Counted from the stretch's first letter, positions 19,098 through 28,544 are shown. The stretch is DNA of 62,746 nucleotides from an uncultured Bifidobacteriaceae bacterium (GCA_964356125.1 CAYHHH010000009.1:1-62746), one strand, 5' to 3'. The notes: generated from the letters alone by a model not told the origin. Made by a program: numbers and translations.

Positions 19098-19274
19098 ACC
19101 AGCTACCGGCTACGAGCCAAGCCCTACTCGGTCGCGCGAAATTCAGCCGCGAGTGTTTCTACAACCGCCGTCGGCGTCGGGCCATCGTGCACGACGACGC
19201 GGTAGCGGAGCGTCAGCGGCGTGCCGGTCTTGATTGTGTACGGCCCGACCGCAGCGATGTTCGGGTTCAGCATC
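19098..19274. repeat. Copy A of a roughly 170-bp duplicated segment (3' end of the DUF6807 gene plus about 25 bp downstream); copy B lies at 57031..57190
   Basis: Hand alignment gives about 85 percent nucleotide identity. The encoded C-terminus AVVETLAAEFRATE-stop is identical in both copies. Confidence 0.8.
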
Positions 19275-20134
19275 CACAGTCCTCGCGAGCCGTGCCAGGT
19301 GGTCGGAGGGTTGGACGGATGGTCGAGCACCGCGGCTCCGACAGTCTTCCCGTTCGTGAGGGTGATGACGTAGCCGTACCACGGCGCTCCAGGCCAATTC
19401 GTTTCCGGCGCTGAGTAGTGCGCATCGGGAAACGCCACGGTGCCGCCGGGCCACGTGTAATGCGAGTCCCCGTCCTTGCGCGCCTGAAAGTTGAATCCCG
19501 AGAAGCCCTGCTTGTTCAGCTGGTAATCGACGAGCACCGCCAGCCTGAACACGACATCGATGACATACACGCCGTCCCGCTCGGCGACCGTCGTCGTCGT
19601 CGTTTCCTCGGCGAACTTGCGTTTGTTGACGCCCCAGTCGTTCTGAACTTCGATGACGGCCCTGGCCGCATCGGCTGACTTCAGCGTGACGTCGCGGGTC
19701 TCGATCGTGCGGCCATCGCGCGGCGCGTACACGCCCCATCCCCAGAAGTCGGCCTTGGTGACATTCCAGCCGAACAACGGACTGGTCGGCCCCTTGCGCG
19801 TAATCGGCTGGCGGAACTCGGAGTCGTGCCACGCGATGTACATGCCGCGGTGGTGCGGATGATCGTCGGGCGCGAGCGCGCTGACCCGTTCTCCCGACGG
19901 CGTGTTGATCGGATGAAAGCACGCCGCGTTCGGTCCCGTCAGCGGTACGCCCGCCGGTTTGCTCGTCACGTACTCCAGCACGACACGGCCGTCAGGCGTT
20001 TTGAGCTGCACGCCGTTGGCGACAGGCGTCAGGGTGTAGGCGCCCGACGTGCGCGCCTGACCCCAAGCCGGCCGTTCGCACAACGCAAACGCGAATGCAC
20101 AGAGTGCGAGCGTGATCGCAAGTGTCGTTTTCAT
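19124..20134 (-). CDS. PmoA-family / DUF6807 domain protein (secreted)
   Basis: Signal peptide MKTTLAITLALCAFAFA. Motifs FHPINTPSGE...DHPHHRGMYIAWH and ...HPSNP..TWH... are typical of the DUF6807 (PmoA-like) family. ATGA overlap with the upstream propeller gene. Confidence 0.75.
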   Translation of the reverse strand: MKTTLAITLALCAFAFALCERPAWGQARTSGAYTLTPVANGVQLKTPDGRVVLEYVTSKPAGVPLTGPNAACFHPINTPSGERVSALAPDDHPHHRGMYIAWHDSEFRQPITRKGPTSPLFGWNVTKADFWGWGVYAPRDGRTIETRDVTLKSADAARAVIEVQNDWGVNKRKFAEETTTTTVAERDGVYVIDVVFRLAVLVDYQLNKQGFSGFNFQARKDGDSHYTWPGGTVAFPDAHYSAPETNWPGAPWYGYVITLTNGKTVGAAVLDHPSNPPTTWHGSRGLWMLNPNIAAVGPYTIKTGTPLTLRYRVVVHDGPTPTAVVETLAAEFRATE

Positions 20135-22077
20135 CGTTTCACGTTGTTCCAGAAGATGAACGTGCCGAATCGCGTCGCGGTGACGACGTCGAGCCGCCCG
20201 TCCTTGTTCAAATCGACCGGGTAGACGTCCGATCCCGTGCCTGAACGATTGTGAATGAGCTCAGGAACGAACTCCGCGCCGCCCGGGGCTTTTGGATTGC
20301 GCACCGTCTTGAACCAGTAGAGGACGGCCGGGCCGTACGGATCGGGATCGAGATAGGTGTCGCGGTGAGACCAGTAGCGCTTGCCCACGACGAAGTCGGT
20401 AATGCCATCGCCGTCCACATCGCCGAAGTTCGCGCCGTGGGGCTGCGAAAACACGACGCCGCCGGCATTTTTCGTCGAGGGATCGTCCATGATCATGTGC
20501 TGCACGAACGAAATCACGCCCTTCCCGTCGCGCTTCTGCTCGTACCACGCCATGCCCCAGCCATGCGCCGCGAGCGTGGTGACGACATCGTTCAGTTTGT
20601 CGCCGTTCACATCGTAAACGGCCATGACGCTGCCCCCGAAGCCGCGCTTGTAGCGGCCGAAGGCCTGCGGATGATACGTCCACGTTTGACTTTCGACTTT
20701 CGACTGTGGACTTTCGACTTTCGACGGTTCCGGCTGCTCCCACCAGCCATACGGGTTGACGATGTCCGCACGGCCGTCTCCGTTGATATCGCCACCACCC
20801 ACGCCGTGCGCGGTCACGTACCCTCGCTCCGACACGTTGTGGATTTTCCATGTCGCGGTCGGATTGGCCGGATCCGGTTTCGCCCACCGCATCTGGCCTT
20901 CGGCGCCGTACACCAATTCTGGTTTCCCGTCGCCGTCGATGTCGTAGATGACGCCGATTTCGGTCTGATACGCCGGCACGACGAGATGCTTGTCCCAGCG
21001 GCGCGACTCCCCTTTCGGATTCACATAGAGCGTGCAGCCGGCGCCGCCCGAGAAGCTGCAGTTCAGCGCGTCGCCCCAGCCATCGCCGGTGAAGTCGCTG
21101 ACGAACTGCATCCAGGCGTCGGTGGTGTACATGTCGGAGGGGTTGCTCGTGAGCTGTAGATAGATTTCGCCGCGCCTCGTGTAGTCCGGGCCGTAAAACA
21201 CGTGCGGCCCCGAGATGACATCGAGCACGTTGTCGTGATTGACATCTGTCGCGCCAGCACCCCAGGAGTAATAGAAATCGCTGAGCCGCTGCATCCTGAA
21301 GCTGTCCGACACTTTTTCGGCGGGCCTCACCTGAATCGCCAGGTCTTTGTACGCGACATCCTTGAACCGCACCTCACCGCTGCCACCGGCATACAGCGCA
21401 ATCGGCCCGAAATTTCCGGCCTCGAGATCGGCGACGCCGCCGCCGCGCTCGCCGCCGTTGTTCAGCAGCGGCCGAATGATGTTGGCATCGAGATAGAGCT
21501 CGATCGTGTTCCACTCTCCGGCTTTCAGACTCGTGTCGGGCGGCATGATCGGCAGCGTCACGGCCGGTCCGGTACCGCGCGCCCCCGCACCGCCCGCGCG
21601 CGCCGGCGGATTCGGGTCTGGTGGCGGAGCGATGCGCATCTGCCCGCCGCCGGCCCTCAACGGTTCTCGCGTGAGGATTCGACCCTGCGCGTCCAGGACC
21701 GCGCGGTAGGACGTGACGTCGCCATCGGTCAGCGCGACGTAAATGCCCTTCATGCCGGTCGAGGTCTTCTCGGCTCGAAGCAGGACGCCGGTGGAGCATC
21801 CTTGCGCGCACTTGAACGACGTGAAGAAGGCGACATCCTGCAGGGACCGGTCGAGGACAAGCCACCCGCCGGCCGCCTGCGCCGGGGTTCCGACCAGTTC
21901 GCCGTTGTCGATACGCCATGCCGCCGATCCCAACGTATGCCAGCCCGTCAGGGCCGAACCCTTCAAGGTCGCGTCGGGATGAAACGACGGACCGGCGGTG
22001 CGTACGGGGATGACGAAGACGCCGACGAGCAGGAAAATCGCGAGCACCGCCGCCGTCCGTATGTGTCTGTCAGGCAT
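20131..22077 (-). CDS. Secreted DUF1080 (3-keto-disaccharide hydrolase-like jelly roll) + FG-GAP/VCBS beta-propeller protein, paralog 1
   Basis: N-terminal domain: L.GW...G.A.W....GE.VG......GWL.....Y.D..F...F.C...C.TGVLLRAE...GEWN.IE......I...LN......GPIALY.GG.GEV.FKDVAYK.L. The C-terminal part has repeated D.NGDG..D/DGDG.PE FG-GAP calcium-loop motifs. Confidence 0.8.
   Translation of the reverse strand: MPDRHIRTAAVLAIFLLVGVFVIPVRTAGPSFHPDATLKGSALTGWHTLGSAAWRIDNGELVGTPAQAAGGWLVLDRSLQDVAFFTSFKCAQGCSTGVLLRAEKTSTGMKGIYVALTDGDVTSYRAVLDAQGRILTREPLRAGGGQMRIAPPPDPNPPARAGGAGARGTGPAVTLPIMPPDTSLKAGEWNTIELYLDANIIRPLLNNGGERGGGVADLEAGNFGPIALYAGGSGEVRFKDVAYKDLAIQVRPAEKVSDSFRMQRLSDFYYSWGAGATDVNHDNVLDVISGPHVFYGPDYTRRGEIYLQLTSNPSDMYTTDAWMQFVSDFTGDGWGDALNCSFSGGAGCTLYVNPKGESRRWDKHLVVPAYQTEIGVIYDIDGDGKPELVYGAEGQMRWAKPDPANPTATWKIHNVSERGYVTAHGVGGGDINGDGRADIVNPYGWWEQPEPSKVESPQSKVESQTWTYHPQAFGRYKRGFGGSVMAVYDVNGDKLNDVVTTLAAHGWGMAWYEQKRDGKGVISFVQHMIMDDPSTKNAGGVVFSQPHGANFGDVDGDGITDFVVGKRYWSHRDTYLDPDPYGPAVLYWFKTVRNPKAPGGAEFVPELIHNRSGTGSDVYPVDLNKDGRLDVVTATRFGTFIFWNNVKR
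20688..20725. repeat. Heptanucleotide tandem repeat inside paralog 1: (GACTTTC)2 GACTGTG (GACTTTC)2 GAC on the plus strand
   Basis: Counted directly from the sequence. Encodes PSKVESPQSKVES in a propeller loop. Confidence 0.9.
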
Positions 22078-22093
22078 GTCAGGACCTCATTCT

Positions 22094-22117
22094 GAATATC
22101 GATAATCGATTATATTC
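22094..22117. promoter_or_regulatory. AT-rich island GAATATCGATAATCGATTATATTC with a minus-strand TATAAT; possible internal promoter for paralog 1
   Basis: The only AT-rich stretch between 22078 and 22170. On the minus strand TATAAT lies about 30 nt before ATG 22077. Contains two ATCGAT palindromes. No convincing -35 element. Confidence 0.25.
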
Positions 22118-22170
22118 CGCCGCCACACCCGCCGCTCCGGACTTTTCGGTCGATCCGATCGTCACGCCAG

Positions 22171-22356
22171 CTACTGGATGCCGATCCTGCTCACCTTCCG
22201 CAGGAACGCGCCCCGGTAGACGATCAGCGCTGCGGCGGCCGCAAGTGACACAACCGCGAGCGCCCACTGCGCCATCTGGACCGCCCAGATCGCGACGCCA
22301 ACGGCCAGCACGACACACACGCTGATAAACACCACGTGAAACCATTTGAGCGACAT
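22171..22356 (-). CDS. Small two-TM membrane protein, function unknown
   Basis: 61 aa, MSLKWFHVVFISVCVVLAVGVAIWAV...LAVVSLAAAAALIVY. Lies directly downstream of the oxidase subunit IV-like gene. Coding status rests on hydrophobic periodicity and spacing only. Confidence 0.4.
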   Translation of the reverse strand: MSLKWFHVVFISVCVVLAVGVAIWAVQMAQWALAVVSLAAAAALIVYRGAFLRKVSRIGIQ

Positions 22357-22383
22357 ATCAGTGCTCCATCCGGGCTGGCGGGT

Positions 22384-22710
22384 TTACGGGGCGGATGACC
22401 AGGGCGTGTAAGGCGTCGGGATTGAATCCATCATTGTCAGTACGGGCAGGATCATCAACACGGCGAACAGCACGGCGGTGAGGCACACCACAGCAAGAAT
22501 CAGGGGCTTCTCGTGAACGAGATGCATGAAGAAGCTCGCCACCAGCGAGCCCTTCATGATCGCAACGGCGAGCGCAACCGCGATCGCCAAGGGAACGGCC
22601 AGGTGGACATACGAAACCGCCACGGTGATGATGGTCAGCACCATCAGCGCGGCAAACACAGTCAGATACGTCCTGACGTAATGTCTCGTCTCGGGGTTTG
22701 ACGCGCTCAT
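22384..22710 (-). CDS. Cytochrome c oxidase subunit IV-family small membrane protein (CtaF/CyoD-like)
   Basis: ORF trimmed to ATG 22710, which follows GGAGGTG. 108 aa, 3 TM. Pattern HYVRTYLTVFAALMVLTIITV...AIMKGSLVASFFMHL matches prokaryotic COX4-family proteins. Confidence 0.65.
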   Translation of the reverse strand: MSASNPETRHYVRTYLTVFAALMVLTIITVAVSYVHLAVPLAIAVALAVAIMKGSLVASFFMHLVHEKPLILAVVCLTAVLFAVLMILPVLTMMDSIPTPYTPWSSAP

Positions 22711-22904
22711 GGACACCTCCAAACGGGATGTGGATCGGCAGGCGGCATCACTGTCGCATGGCGAACCTCGCCAGCCGCGGACACGAGCAAGGCGCGTACC
22801 CGCGACCTGACCGCGCAAGACGGGGACCGGCGCGGGTCGGCGCCAATCCGCGTGGGAGATTTTTCCTGCCGATCCGAAAAAGTCCACACTCTGAACCCCC
22901 GCAT

Positions 22905-25199
22905 TCACAATCGAAACAGGCGGTTGATCTTGACGACGAAGGCGCGGTTCTTGAGGTCCGGATAACCGCGGGCGCGCGTGTCACGTTCGTCGGTGTACAC
23001 GGCGAACAACTCGCTGCCGGGCCGGTATTCCCATCGCAGCCGGAGGTTCGCGCTGAGCGAACGCGCGGCGGAACCGTACTGCAGGAGACCGCTGAAGAAC
23101 ATTCTGGGAGTGGCCGTGTACGTCGTGCGGTTCGACACCACCATCTGGGTAAACTCTCCCTCGCGGAGATTCACCCAATTCATCGAGGCGCCGGGCTCCA
23201 GCGACAGGCGCGGCGTCACCTGGAGGCGGCCGCTGCTGAAACCGAGCGAGGTCTTCTCACCGCTATAGTAGCCGCCACTCTGCAGCGTGACCGTTCCTGT
23301 GAACCGGCGCTGGGTTCCCAGGAACATGGACACCAGCGCGTCGCGGAAGCCGTAGCCGCCGGCCGGGATCGACACCCCTCCCACAGAGAACGGCCGCTCG
23401 AGAAATTCGTAGCTCGACTGATATTGCGCCGATAGTCTGTCGCTGTTGTGGAATTCCACGTCGAACACGCCTTCGACGCTGCGCGTTTCCAGCCTCCCGG
23501 TGCCGTCGGTCAGGTACTTGTATTCCCCGCTGTAGGTGAACTTGCGCACGCGTGTGCTGGAGCGCGGCCGAGGGCTGAATCGAAACCCTCCACCCGCTCC
23601 CTGGAAGTCGTCGCGCTCGACGTAACCCATGTCGGGGTTGAAGTGATCGCCGACGGTGAGCCGTTCGAACACAAGACCATAGCGGTCGCTCGCATAATCG
23701 AACCGAAATCGATAGCTCGTGTCATCGCCGGAGAGGCCTGGCGTGCGTGTCTTCGCCACGTACGTGTTCACGGTGACGTGGTCGTATAACCCGAGGGCCG
23801 CATCGAGGCCGAAGGTTTCGCCAGCACCGTGGCCGAGCGTGGAGATCGATCGTCTCGTATAGAGAGCCCCGACGCTGCTGCGCCTCAGGAAATCGCGCTT
23901 GACGCGCATCACCGTGAAATTCGTCGCCGCGATCGGTGCGTCTCGGGTCCCGCCGGCCGCGCTCTGCACGTTCATCAGCCCCAATGTGACCTTTCCGACC
24001 TTGCCCGTCAGCCGTCCGCCGCCGTCAATGGGCACGACGCGGCCCGCATCGAGGCCGATGCGGCGGCTGAAGAACAGCATCGGCGTGAGTCCGCCGGACG
24101 TCGCACCGCCGAAGTCGAACATGCCCTGTCCTTCGAGAAAGAACTCCCGTTTTTCCGGATAGAAGAGGCTGAAGCGGGTGAGGTTGACCTGCTGCGTGTC
24201 GACCTCGACCTGCGCGAAATCGGTGTTGTAGGTGAGGTCGGCCGTCAGGTTCTGCGTCACGCCGTACTTCACGTCGAGGCCCACGCTGCCTGCTGGCTCG
24301 TTCGGACGCGCCGCCGCATCCTTCTTGACGCTCGAAAGGGCGTACGGCTTGATGTCGAGATTCTTGCTGCCGGGCGGCACTTCGAGGCCCACGATGGTCG
24401 CACCGTTCGACACCTGGGAAAGGGCGGTGTCGCCGCGGGTGCCGAGCAGGCGCGGCCGCGCGAGGAACGTCTCCTCGTTCTTGTGGCGGATGGTCCGGCG
24501 TATCTGAAAGCCCCACACCTGAGACGTCCCAGGCCTGTAGCGCAGCGACTTGAACGGAATCGCCGTCTCTGCCGTCCAGCCGCCATCGAACCGCCCCTCT
24601 CGATATGACCAGACCGGATTCCAGGAGCTGCCGCTGAAACGCTCGTTGGTGATTTCTCCGTCCCAGATACCGCCGTCTGCGTTGATTTCAAAGACGGACG
24701 CATTGCGGCGGCTGTAGAACGTGTCGAAGAAGAACGCGATGTTTTCGCTCCTTGGAATGCTCGAGCTATCGCGAACGATGCCGTTGACGACCCACCGCTC
24801 TTCCGGCGCCGAGTCCCAGCATCGAACCGACACGTACACGAATTCGCGATCGAAGAAAATCCACACGTCGGTCTTTTCGGTCGCGGGCTCGCCGGCGTTC
24901 GGCTCTATCTGCTCGAAGCCGCCGATCGCCGGGATGAGCTGATAGATCGCTTCGTCGAGCCGGCCATCCACGCGCAATCCCTCGCTGAGCCGGATCGCGC
25001 GAATGGTGACGCGGCCCTCGGCGTCACGGATTGCCACCGCTGGCGGGACCGGCGCCGGTGGCGTAAACAGGGCGGCTTCGGTCGGTCGTGGTGCGGCAGC
25101 GGCAGCCGGGAGCGCCTGCGCCCTGGCATGTGCCAGCGGCGACAGAGAAATCGCAAGCAGCAGCGCGCAGCGATTCAGATGAGACGCCCAGCGCACCAC
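22905..25199 (-). CDS. DUF5916 / carbohydrate-binding-family-9-like outer membrane protein
   Basis: Likely GTG start at 25199 or 25196 (VVRWASHLNRCALLLAISLSPLAHARAQA signal). The N-terminal CBM9-like part reads IDGRLDEAIY..., FFDREFVYVSVRCWD, FEINADGGIWDG, WTAETAIPFKSLRY. A long beta-strand-rich C-terminal part ends in ...INRLFRL. Confidence 0.7.
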   Translation of the reverse strand: MVRWASHLNRCALLLAISLSPLAHARAQALPAAAAAPRPTEAALFTPPAPVPPAVAIRDAEGRVTIRAIRLSEGLRVDGRLDEAIYQLIPAIGGFEQIEPNAGEPATEKTDVWIFFDREFVYVSVRCWDSAPEERWVVNGIVRDSSSIPRSENIAFFFDTFYSRRNASVFEINADGGIWDGEITNERFSGSSWNPVWSYREGRFDGGWTAETAIPFKSLRYRPGTSQVWGFQIRRTIRHKNEETFLARPRLLGTRGDTALSQVSNGATIVGLEVPPGSKNLDIKPYALSSVKKDAAARPNEPAGSVGLDVKYGVTQNLTADLTYNTDFAQVEVDTQQVNLTRFSLFYPEKREFFLEGQGMFDFGGATSGGLTPMLFFSRRIGLDAGRVVPIDGGGRLTGKVGKVTLGLMNVQSAAGGTRDAPIAATNFTVMRVKRDFLRRSSVGALYTRRSISTLGHGAGETFGLDAALGLYDHVTVNTYVAKTRTPGLSGDDTSYRFRFDYASDRYGLVFERLTVGDHFNPDMGYVERDDFQGAGGGFRFSPRPRSSTRVRKFTYSGEYKYLTDGTGRLETRSVEGVFDVEFHNSDRLSAQYQSSYEFLERPFSVGGVSIPAGGYGFRDALVSMFLGTQRRFTGTVTLQSGGYYSGEKTSLGFSSGRLQVTPRLSLEPGASMNWVNLREGEFTQMVVSNRTTYTATPRMFFSGLLQYGSAARSLSANLRLRWEYRPGSELFAVYTDERDTRARGYPDLKNRAFVVKINRLFRL

Positions 25200-25984
25200 A
25201 GGATCGAATTCCGTACGAGCATGCGGAAAGACGGATGGCGATGCGTCTCGCGCGACGCGCCGGGCTGAATGCACACGACCCTCGCCGTCGGATGCACGCC
25301 GACCCACGCCACTGTCGCGTCGCTTCCCGCGTGCGCGGTCTGGAGGAGCGGCGTGATGTTCGGCGACTGCCACATCCCCTTGTAGGTTTCTTCGTTCGCG
25401 ATGCTGAAGGGGCCGATGCTTCTGAGAACAGGGTGTGTGCCAACGGGACGGACATCCAGCCTTGCCGCCGTCGATGGCACTGACTTCTTCATGCCGGGCA
25501 GATCGTTGAGAACGAAAAGCCCACCAGTGACTTCCTGATACCACCACGGCCAGTCCTGGTTGTCGCCGAGCGAGTGATGGAGCAGGACGAACCCTCTACC
25601 CGCCTCGACCGCCTGTCGCGCGAGCGCGCGCGTCGCGTCGGGCCAATTCATCTGATCGTTGAGCACCAGAACGTCATACCCGGGGTGAGGCCTGCCGCCG
25701 CTCGGCTCCCATGGATAATCGCGAGGCTCGATCCGCTCCGTGCCGCCGCCGACGGCGCCCCGTCCGGTCTGCGGCGCCGGTACCGTCTGGCGCGCGGGGA
25801 GTTGCGCAGACTGAGGCACAAGCGCCGCAAAGTTTGCCGGCTGGTCAATGGGCCAAATCTCCATGCCGAAAAACATCGGATCCAGGAACATGTCCTGAAG
25901 CGATGGCGGATATGGCTTGCCTCCGGTGGTGAGCTGAACCCAGACCTCGGTCTTCGGAAATCGTTGCACCGCGTCAGGCGCCAT
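25175..25984 (-). CDS. ThuA-like (trehalose utilisation / class I amidotransferase-fold) protein, no signal peptide
   Basis: YDVLVLNDQ...GRGFVLLHHSLG...WPWW...VTGG and HPVLRSIGPF...ETY...VCIQPG..R....P.FR.LV.N.ILW are paralogous to the next gene. 11-nt overlap with that gene. Confidence 0.75.
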   Translation of the reverse strand: MAPDAVQRFPKTEVWVQLTTGGKPYPPSLQDMFLDPMFFGMEIWPIDQPANFAALVPQSAQLPARQTVPAPQTGRGAVGGGTERIEPRDYPWEPSGGRPHPGYDVLVLNDQMNWPDATRALARQAVEAGRGFVLLHHSLGDNQDWPWWYQEVTGGLFVLNDLPGMKKSVPSTAARLDVRPVGTHPVLRSIGPFSIANEETYKGMWQSPNITPLLQTAHAGSDATVAWVGVHPTARVVCIQPGASRETHRHPSFRMLVRNSILWCAGRLI

Positions 25985-26756
25985 TGAGTCTCCGTCCCGC
26001 CCACAGGATCATCCTGTGAACGATGTTGCGGTAATTCGGGTCTTGACAGACCGACCGCGTATGCCCCGGCTGAAGGCACACGACGCGTGCGTCCTGGTAC
26101 GGTCCGACCCATCCCACCGCAGGGTTATTGAAGGACGGATCGTCCGACTCGAGCAGCACGGTGGCCTTCGGCGAAATCCACATGTTCGGGAACGTCTCAT
26201 CCCAGGGAAGCTGGAACGGCTCGATGCCCTGAACGATCGGATGCGTTCCGACCGGCTTCAGCGTCTGAATCGGGAATTGTTTCAGCCGCTCTTGTGTCTT
26301 CATGCCCGGAACGCCGGGGTTGTACAGATAGCAGCCGATGACTTCCTCGCTCCACCACGGCCACTCGTTGTTGTTGGTCCCAACGGCGTGATGCAGGACG
26401 ACGACCCCCTTGCCAGCCCGAAGGTGCTTGACCATGTTGTCGCGCTCACCCTGCGGCCACCCTCCGGTGATCCAGTCATTCGTGACGATGACGTCGGGAG
26501 CGTGTGGTCCGACCACACTGTCGAACGCGTTGGGGTGAGGAAGCACAACAGTGTCCATGTCGCCGAACATGGGACTTTCGAACATGGCGTACATCTGAAG
26601 CGGCGAGGTGTGGCCTCCTCCCGTGAACTGCACGCGCAGAGGCGGCCCACGTCGGGCGCGTTGAGCTGTCTGAGCGGCTGCATCCGCAAACACCTGCGGC
26701 ACGGCCGCAGCGGCGAGCACGGAAGCAAACAAATGTCGGCGCGAAAACGTGGGCAC
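25974..26756 (-). CDS. ThuA-like protein with Tat-type signal (SRRHLF)
   Basis: MPTFSRRHLFASVLAAAAVPQVFA. ThuA motifs: FTGGGH, DVIVTND, GKGVVVLHHAVG, HPIVQGIEPF, LQPGH. Confidence 0.8.
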   Translation of the reverse strand: MPTFSRRHLFASVLAAAAVPQVFADAAAQTAQRARRGPPLRVQFTGGGHTSPLQMYAMFESPMFGDMDTVVLPHPNAFDSVVGPHAPDVIVTNDWITGGWPQGERDNMVKHLRAGKGVVVLHHAVGTNNNEWPWWSEEVIGCYLYNPGVPGMKTQERLKQFPIQTLKPVGTHPIVQGIEPFQLPWDETFPNMWISPKATVLLESDDPSFNNPAVGWVGPYQDARVVCLQPGHTRSVCQDPNYRNIVHRMILWAGRRLNGA

Positions 26757-26795
26757 CTGGTTTCTCCTTTTCAGCCTCTGACGAAACGCCCCGAT

Positions 26796-28544
26796 TCATC
26801 CGTTCGCCGCGTGGAGCCCGGCGAGCCGTCCGAACAACGCCGATTTCGCCAATCCGTGCTGAGATATCCCGCTCGCACATTCGCCTGCCGCATACAGACC
26901 CGGAATGGGCTGGCCGTGCAGATCTATCACCTGAGCATTCGTGTTGATTCGCAAACCCGCCATCACGTCGTGCAGGGCAGGCGTGGCCCAGGCGGCATAA
27001 AACGGCGGCGTGTTGATCTTGTGGGTGGGCGTCGGCTTGTCGAAGTCGAGGTCGACCCCTGCATCCACAAAGGCGTTGTAGCGTTCGACCGTTGCTCGCA
27101 GCGCATCGCCTGGCATCGGCCGCCACTGGTACGGGCAACCGATGATCGTGCGGGCCAGTTCCTCGATGGTGTCGGCGACGAAGAAGAAACCGCCGGCCGG
27201 ATCGACGTGCGGCGGCTTGGTAATCCAGCCCTGGCGCGTGACCGCGGCCGCATCGAAGATGGCCCAGATCGGTCCGCCGCCGTTCAGCTTCTTCGGATCC
27301 CCGGTCCATTGCAGCGCCGCGTCGATGTGCGCACGGCGCCCGAGCGACCCCAACGGCTTGCCGCGAAGCGTCTCTTCATAGAAACGCCGCCCGGTTTCCT
27401 TCACCAGGATCGCGTTCTGCCAGTCGACGATTCCGAGTCCGGTGGTGCCCTGGCGGAAGAACGCGGGGCTATCCGGCGGCATCAGTGGACCGCCCAATGT
27501 CAGCTTCGTCCCCAGCGAAGAGCCGGCGCGATCGATCTGCCGATCGCCCAGGTTTACCTGATTGCACGTCGTCCAGAGCGACGCCCCGATCGCCATCGCC
27601 GCGATCTCGCCGTCGGCATCCTTGGTCGTGTACGCGTGGCCCAGCACCTGGTACTCTTCGGTCAGCCGAGGATCGTAGATGCGGCGGAAGTTGACGTTCG
27701 CCGAAGGACCACCGGCCGCGACGACCACGCCCTTACGCGCACGGATGTTCACGGTTCGGCCGGTCGGATTATTCCACCGATCGACTTCGGCGGCCGTAAT
27801 GCCGAGCACCCGTCCGGAGCGGGCGCTCTCGCGGTGAATCTGCGTCATCCTGTGGAGCAGCAGGATTTTGATCCCCTTCGCGCGCGCGGCTCTTTCGAGC
27901 GGCCGTATCAGCCCCGAGCCGGTCCCGTAACCGGGTCCGTTCGGGATGATCAGCTCTGCCGGATTGGCCCAGCCTTTCACGACCGTCTGCCGCGGCACGT
28001 TCGGATCGCCCGGCCCACGAATGCCGCCCAATCGCGCCCATTCGACGCCGTTGCTCTCCAGAAACTCGAACGTAGCGACGGCGTTGTCTGCGAACGCCCG
28101 CACAATTTCGCGGTCGGCGTGCTTTGCGAGCGGATGCCCCTCGGTTCCGAAGAGCGCCGCATCGACTGGTGCGTGCCCCTCTGAGCCCGTCCAATCACGA
28201 AAGAACTGGTCCGGCGAATCGTGGACTCCCGCCGCCTGCTGCAGCCGATTTCCGCAACCCAACTGGACGCTGCCGCCACTGAGAATCGCTCGGCCGCCGA
28301 CATCCCAGTTCTTCTCGACCACAATCACCGACGCGCCGCGATCGCGCGCCGCGATCGCGGCGGGCATGCCGGCAGCCCCCGAACCAATCACGACCACCTC
28401 GTAGTCGAGGTCCCATCTGGTTGGCGTCGGGGCCTGCCCCGCCTCTGCTTCGTGCGAGCCGAGACCCGCCAGAGCGGCGGCGCCTCCGATGCCGGCTGCG
28501 GTCTCCTTGAGGAAGGCCCGTCTGCCCGTTTTCGTTTTGCCCAT
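26796..28544 (-). CDS. Tat-exported FAD-dependent oxidoreductase (FAD_binding_2 / KstD-fumarate reductase flavoprotein-like), paralog A
   Basis: Tat signal GRRAFLKETAAGIGGAAALAG. Rossmann motif VVVIGSGAAGMPAAIAARDRGASVIVVEK. C-terminal GLYAAGECASG flavin motif. About 70 percent identical by eye to 38737..40533. Confidence 0.85.
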   Translation of the reverse strand: MGKTKTGRRAFLKETAAGIGGAAALAGLGSHEAEAGQAPTPTRWDLDYEVVVIGSGAAGMPAAIAARDRGASVIVVEKNWDVGGRAILSGGSVQLGCGNRLQQAAGVHDSPDQFFRDWTGSEGHAPVDAALFGTEGHPLAKHADREIVRAFADNAVATFEFLESNGVEWARLGGIRGPGDPNVPRQTVVKGWANPAELIIPNGPGYGTGSGLIRPLERAARAKGIKILLLHRMTQIHRESARSGRVLGITAAEVDRWNNPTGRTVNIRARKGVVVAAGGPSANVNFRRIYDPRLTEEYQVLGHAYTTKDADGEIAAMAIGASLWTTCNQVNLGDRQIDRAGSSLGTKLTLGGPLMPPDSPAFFRQGTTGLGIVDWQNAILVKETGRRFYEETLRGKPLGSLGRRAHIDAALQWTGDPKKLNGGGPIWAIFDAAAVTRQGWITKPPHVDPAGGFFFVADTIEELARTIIGCPYQWRPMPGDALRATVERYNAFVDAGVDLDFDKPTPTHKINTPPFYAAWATPALHDVMAGLRINTNAQVIDLHGQPIPGLYAAGECASGISQHGLAKSALFGRLAGLHAANG

